Source: a bacterium
Lineage (GTDB): Bacteria > Oederibacteriota > JAAXVQ01 > JAUVAV01
Reading direction: 5' to 3'
DNA length: 64,000 bases
NCBI GenBank assembly: GCA_021108215.1
Contig: JAIORK010000045.1
Location: forward strand, 64,594-128,593
Each line of letters starts with the position of its first letter. The first letter of the stretch is position 1. This document shows positions 59,443 through 64,000 of the stretch, one piece after another. The notes beneath the pieces were generated by a model. The model was not told the DNA's origin, searched no databases, and saw nothing but the letters and a program-made list of their open reading frames with translations. The position numbers were made by a program, and so were the translations under genes.

Positions 59443-60038
59443 AGAATCGCTTCCAGTACTGGTTTTATGATTCTGTCAACACGGCAAAGCTTGGCATATT
59501 GCATAATCTCTTTGGGCTTTGCTTTTTTTTCCAGGACAGCACCTTTGAGGGCATCTCGCGCCACATTCACGCCTATTCTATTACGGAATTTAAAGCAATC
59601 TGCAATGGTCTTAGCAAGACTATAAACTTTGATCTTATGACCTCCGATTTCAAATTCTTCGATCCCGGCTTCCCATGTCCGGGGAGCAAAGCGATAAAAC
59701 CTTACCAGTGGATATTTTATTCGATTGGCATGGGTTCCCTGGAGAATAGCTATATCCACTTTGTGAGGTATCTCATTGGTTGCTTCATGAAATGCTAATG
59801 CAGAAATAAGGCAAATAACGCCTCTGGGTGCTTGGCGCGATGCTATAACCAAATCCGGATGAGAACCATAATTGTTATTGGTTAGCTGGTATAGACCCCG
59901 GGCGATCTTTTCTATTTTCCCTTCTTTCTCAAGCAGGTTGAGGGAATCCGGATGAAATCCAGCTTCCAAAACAGCAGAAAACCGGACTATACCGCCGTTA
60001 TTCCAGATAAATTTTATACATTCATGTATTTTAGCCAA
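59439..60038 (-). CDS. abiEi: AbiEi-like antitoxin/transcriptional regulator
   Basis: 199 aa. 4-nt overlap with abiEii. wHTH-like N-terminal region. Palindromic operator-like sequences upstream (60045-60100). Confidence 0.6.
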   Translation of the reverse strand: MAKIHECIKFIWNNGGIVRFSAVLEAGFHPDSLNLLEKEGKIEKIARGLYQLTNNNYGSHPDLVIASRQAPRGVICLISALAFHEATNEIPHKVDIAILQGTHANRIKYPLVRFYRFAPRTWEAGIEEFEIGGHKIKVYSLAKTIADCFKFRNRIGVNVARDALKGAVLEKKAKPKEIMQYAKLCRVDRIIKPVLEAIL

Positions 60039-60116
60039 TATTTAATCTCCGTATGTTTTATTAATACTTGTTTGTAAGTATATATACTTTATACGGATAT
60101 GTCAACTGCTTTTTCA

Positions 60117-60389
60117 AATGCGATGATACCTCGCCCTCGTTGACCACTTTTTTAGTATCTATCCTCATCCCCATTCCGTACTTTGTCCTTTGGCAGCTCA
60201 CGCGATCAATCGTTTGAATAGGGAATGGTCGCGACCATTCCCTACTATCGATGGAGGCCTGTGCGCATTGTTTCACTCCTATGCTGCAAAGAGGCCTTCT
60301 GATTTATCGTGCTAGTGCGAACACGATAACATCCCCTTTTTACTGTTTCTTCAATAGTCACAATGCTTTTTATGTTTTTCAGGATCGAC
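60117..60389 (+). mobile_element. MITE-like element copy E (5' truncated; intact 3' TIR) abutting the AbiE island
   Basis: Aligns to copy A from GATGATAC through to the 3' TIR TTTTTCAGGATCGAC (60375-60389). REP at 60218-60245 (5' G to A). The listed minus ORF 60061..60276 is an artefact. Confidence 0.65.
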
Positions 60390-60441
60390 CAATTAAATTT
60401 CCAACAGGAATCAATTTAATCCCTGTCGGAAATAATCAGGA

Positions 60442-63081
60442 TTATTTCTCCGGCGCGGCAATGGAAAGTAAATATTTATCCGGATGAAACCATTTTCGGG
60501 CGGCAGCTGTCATCTGCTTAAACGTAACCGCCCGAATACGCCGGGCATACTCCGCAATATAATCCTTACCCAGCTGATGATATTCAATCTCCCGGTTCAA
60601 ATAAGCAATACCCGTATTGGTCTCCATCCCCATCGCCAAGCCGCCTGCCAGCCGCTCCTGTGTATCGATCAGCAGATGCCGCTTTATCCTGCCGGTTTGC
60701 AGCCGCCGGATTTGCTCCAAAGCTATTTTAACTGCTGCGTCAACTTTTTCCGGTTCTGTCTGAAATACAATGCACCAGGGACGGTTGCCGCGGGAAACGC
60801 GAAACTGCGAATAAATCGAGTATGTCAATCCGGCCCGGTCCCGCACTTCCTGCATCAGCAGGCTGGAAAGCCCGGCCCCGCCCAAAATCTGGTTGGCAAC
60901 AAACGCCGGATAATAATCAGGATGATCGCGGTGAAGGCCCTGATGCCCCAGCACCACAATGCTCTCATGTTTGCCCGGCAACCGGTGGATATGACCTTTG
61001 GATTTCATAACAGGTGCCATCTCCAAAGCAGTATTGAAATAATCCGGTGATTGGTTCCCGCTTGACTGCCATTGACCCAAATATTTTTCCATCAGTTGCC
61101 TGACCTTCTCCGGTTCTACATCCCCGGCAATCGAGAAAATAGCTTTTTCAGGACTGATCGCTGCCTGATGATACGCCAGCAAGTCCTGGCGTGTCATTTT
61201 CGGAATCCCTTTGGCAGCCGTCAGAAGACTGCGCCGCATGGGATGTCCTGCGGGATAAGCCATTTCATAAAAATGCTGCCACGCCTGCATATCGGAATTT
61301 TGCCGGACACTGTGACAGACTGCCAAAATTTCCTGCCCCGCCTTGTGCCGCTCTATCTCGGGAAAAACCGGTTTGATAAAATTTTCACCCAACACACGGA
61401 ACATAAGCGGTAAATCTTCGCACAGTGTCTCTCCGGTGATTTGAAGTTCTTCGCGCCGCGCTGTATAGAGTAACTGCGTTCCTTTAAACTCCAGGTCAGC
61501 GGCAATTTTATTGGCATCCCGCCAAAGTGATCCCCGATCCAGCATATGTGCATGCATCAGTGCCATCCCCGGTTTTTCCTGCGGCTCGGCCACAACACCA
61601 CCTTGAACCAGGCCGGAAAGCACCACCATGGGATTGCCGGGATTTGGATGAACCAGTAAAGTTGCTTGGTTGGATAAAATATATTTGGTGCAGCCATGAG
61701 AAAATTTTTCACTATGGCAACGGGACATTTTCTTTCCGGCAACCGAAGTCCGAACCGGCGCCTGCCGGCTTCGGGTCGGCGCGGCCGTTGCAATGCTGCA
61801 CGATTTCGCTTTTAATGCTTTGAGTGGAACCGTCTTCATTTTGACGCCATGCGGAAAAAAACGTCCAATCGTCATATTGGCCGGAATCAAATACTTCCCG
61901 GCAACTTCCTGAAGCTGCTTTGGAGTCACCTTGGCGACCGCCTGGAGATAGCGCTCGGGGATACGCCAGTCTTTGGCAACGGTCTCATAAAACCCCAGCA
62001 TCAAGGCTTGGTCGGTAATGCTATCCTTGGAAAAAACCAGCTGGGCACGGGTTTGATTAACTGCTTTGACGCATTCATGTTTCCGGATCAATTGTTCCCG
62101 CACCGTCGCAAATTCTTTTAAAAACACCTCCTCAACCTGTTGGGGATGTACTGCATTTTGACAAATAGCACGAAACGTCCACACACCCGGATCGATCATT
62201 TCATACGGTGAGGCATAAACATCCGTTGCCAGTCCCCGGTCAACCAATGACCGGTATAGCCGTGCTGTTTTGCCTTTGGCAAGCACATCACTTAAAACTG
62301 AGAGTGCAAAGTGGTCTTTATGACCAGCCGGGGGAATCAATAGATTGACCTGCACCATGGGCGCAGGGCCGTGATCTTCCATCACCACTTGATTCAAGCC
62401 ATGGGCAAGTTCCGCCGGATAACAGGGTTGGGCCGGTGCCTGGCCGCGGGCAATGCCGCTGAAATGCTTTTTTACATAACCGGCCAGAATTTTCTCCTCA
62501 TAGTCTCCCACCACCACCAGCACCGCATTGGACGGCGTGTAGTGCGCCCGGTAAAAATTCACCAATTGTTCCCGGGAAAGCTTCTCCACTTCCTCTTTCC
62601 AGCCGATCACCGGACGGCGGTAGGGATGATTGATCCAGGTCTGAGCATTCATCAGATCACGAAAGCGCACATGCGGATGGTTTTTATTCCCATCCAGTTC
62701 AGAAAGAATCACACTGCGCTCCTTGTGTACTTCACGCGGGTCCAGCAATGCATTGGACATGCGGTCCGCCTGTATGCGCAGCACCAATTCCAAATGCTCA
62801 GACGGCACAGTCTCATAATAAGCTGTATAATCATAACTGGTAAACGCATTTTGCTGACCGCCGGTACGCTCAATCAACCGGGAAATGTCCCCCTGGGGAA
62901 ACGCGGCCGTGCCTTTGAACAACATGTGTTCTAAAAAATGCGCCAACCCGGACTGCCCCTTACTCTCATTGCGCGCACCTACGCGGTACCACAAAAAAAC
63001 CGAGACCACCGGCATGGCACTGATTTTCTTCGTAAGAACCTTCAATCCATTCTGTAGTATTCTTTGTTTAACCCTTGGCAC
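60442..63081 (-). CDS. Tandem M16-family (pitrilysin-like) zinc metallopeptidase
   Basis: Inverted zincin motif HFLEHMLFKGT. Two M16 active/inactive unit pairs in 879 aa. Confidence 0.85.
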   Translation of the reverse strand: MPRVKQRILQNGLKVLTKKISAMPVVSVFLWYRVGARNESKGQSGLAHFLEHMLFKGTAAFPQGDISRLIERTGGQQNAFTSYDYTAYYETVPSEHLELVLRIQADRMSNALLDPREVHKERSVILSELDGNKNHPHVRFRDLMNAQTWINHPYRRPVIGWKEEVEKLSREQLVNFYRAHYTPSNAVLVVVGDYEEKILAGYVKKHFSGIARGQAPAQPCYPAELAHGLNQVVMEDHGPAPMVQVNLLIPPAGHKDHFALSVLSDVLAKGKTARLYRSLVDRGLATDVYASPYEMIDPGVWTFRAICQNAVHPQQVEEVFLKEFATVREQLIRKHECVKAVNQTRAQLVFSKDSITDQALMLGFYETVAKDWRIPERYLQAVAKVTPKQLQEVAGKYLIPANMTIGRFFPHGVKMKTVPLKALKAKSCSIATAAPTRSRQAPVRTSVAGKKMSRCHSEKFSHGCTKYILSNQATLLVHPNPGNPMVVLSGLVQGGVVAEPQEKPGMALMHAHMLDRGSLWRDANKIAADLEFKGTQLLYTARREELQITGETLCEDLPLMFRVLGENFIKPVFPEIERHKAGQEILAVCHSVRQNSDMQAWQHFYEMAYPAGHPMRRSLLTAAKGIPKMTRQDLLAYHQAAISPEKAIFSIAGDVEPEKVRQLMEKYLGQWQSSGNQSPDYFNTALEMAPVMKSKGHIHRLPGKHESIVVLGHQGLHRDHPDYYPAFVANQILGGAGLSSLLMQEVRDRAGLTYSIYSQFRVSRGNRPWCIVFQTEPEKVDAAVKIALEQIRRLQTGRIKRHLLIDTQERLAGGLAMGMETNTGIAYLNREIEYHQLGKDYIAEYARRIRAVTFKQMTAAARKWFHPDKYLLSIAAPEK

Positions 63082-63276
63082 AAGTCATCTCCTTTTCAAT
63101 CCAAGCATCTGTCATAGCACATTTCACCCGTCCTAGGGCAGATAAAATTCCCAAAAACAAAATAATCATCCCCGCACTCTTGCCCGGCGAATGCCGGGTG
63201 AACGCGGGGATGATTATTAATCGTGATACACCGGGCCTGTCTCTCCACAATTAAAAAGTAGAGACGCCCTCCCTTT

Positions 63277-63999
63277 TTAGTTGTTTTTCTTATGCTTACG
63301 GTATGCTCTTTTAATGGCTTTTTTATTCTTCATTATTTTGTTTCTGTTTTTATACAAATATTTGGATAATTTCGGATGTTTGGCTAAAAACGCCCGGTTC
63401 CGGAAAAGCTCTTTTGCTACCTTAGGATGTGCCACCAACCAGCGCCGCTGGCGGTATAACTGTTTCGCAACACCCGGATGTTGATTAAGCCAATAACGAT
63501 TGGCATAGGCTGCCTGCGCCACTTTGGGATGGTTATACAGCCAATCTCGATTGGCATAAACAGCTTTTGCAACTTCAGGATGATTATTTAAATAAACCCG
63601 GTTTTTATAAACCTCAATTGCAACCGCAGGATGGCTATTTAAAAATTCACGATAGTGATATATCTTTTTGGCCACTTCGGGATGATTGTTTAAATAAACC
63701 CGGTTGGCATAGGCTGCTTTGGCAACTTCCGGATGGGCTGCAAGCCATTTTTTATCTGCATAGATTGCTTCCGCAACTTTCGGATGCCCTTCCAGCCACT
63801 GCGCATTTTTCACCAGTGCTTTGGCAACTTTCGGATGTCCTTCCAACCAGACCAAATCAGCATCAGTAATGCCGGGATGCTTCGTGCGCAATTCCTCCAA
63901 AGCCTGTTTTTCCAGAGCATCCCGATTTTGTTTTTCCCACTGTTTTTGTGCTTTCACTTCATCCAAAGACAACTGCCCGTCCCCATCCTTGTCCGCCAT
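63277..63999 (-). CDS. Repeat protein with about 12 tandem 14-aa HP(E/K)VAK..Y.NR.WL units and an N-terminal EF-hand-like DKDGDGQLSLDE loop; possibly continues past window end
   Basis: Highly regular 42-nt coding periodicity and a K-rich C-terminus. The ORF reaches the window edge (63999). Confidence 0.5.
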   Translation of the reverse strand: MADKDGDGQLSLDEVKAQKQWEKQNRDALEKQALEELRTKHPGITDADLVWLEGHPKVAKALVKNAQWLEGHPKVAEAIYADKKWLAAHPEVAKAAYANRVYLNNHPEVAKKIYHYREFLNSHPAVAIEVYKNRVYLNNHPEVAKAVYANRDWLYNHPKVAQAAYANRYWLNQHPGVAKQLYRQRRWLVAHPKVAKELFRNRAFLAKHPKLSKYLYKNRNKIMKNKKAIKRAYRKHKKNN

Positions 64000-64000
64000 C

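Noticed and set aside
3214-60389. Possibility that the dispersed roughly 300-bp repeats form a CRISPR array
   Set aside because: Copies are 5-35 kb apart, 270-310 bp long, occur in both orientations and are interspersed with housekeeping genes. There is no short direct-repeat and spacer periodicity and no cas genes.

Overview
This 64-kb window is a gene-dense, roughly 50% GC chromosomal segment from an anaerobic bacterium that uses AGGAGG-type ribosome-binding sites. Core metabolic genes include enolase, adjacent PPi-dependent and ATP-dependent phosphofructokinases, class II fructose-bisphosphate aldolase, a trimeric HydABC-type [FeFe]-hydrogenase, NifS/NifU, purC (partial), speE, rfbC and a superoxide reductase. 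Other genes include two hybrid histidine kinases, two single-domain CheY-like receivers, an ArsR/SmtB-regulated metal permease with a C-terminal HMA domain, a type IX secretion cargo gene with PorP/SprF-like and PorQ/V-like outer-membrane partners, and a LemA/DUF3137/PilZ operon. A dense layer of repeats overlies this. There are five copies of a roughly 310-bp MITE-like element. It has TCGATCCTGAAAAAG terminal inverted repeats, an internal REP hairpin (GTAGGGAATGGTCGCGACCATTCCCTAC) and a long-range complementary stem. There are standalone REPs of the GTAGGGAAYGGTC family, many CCGGCGAATGCCGG mini-palindromes (some nested inside REPs, MITEs and terminators), and a cognate REP-associated tyrosine transposase (RAYT) that itself contains an in-frame REP. 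Two AT-rich accessory islands stand out. The first (about 32.3-35.6 kb) holds the RAYT, an ORF6N protein, an orphan receiver and a HEPN/MNT toxin-antitoxin pair. The second (about 57.4-60.1 kb) holds an AbiEi/AbiEii abortive-infection pair plus an uncharacterised zinc-ribbon protein with a C-terminal domain resembling nucleoside 2-deoxyribosyltransferase (NDT) and TIR folds, abutting a truncated MITE. This second island is the best candidate for an undescribed defence module. No rRNA, tRNA or CRISPR array was found.
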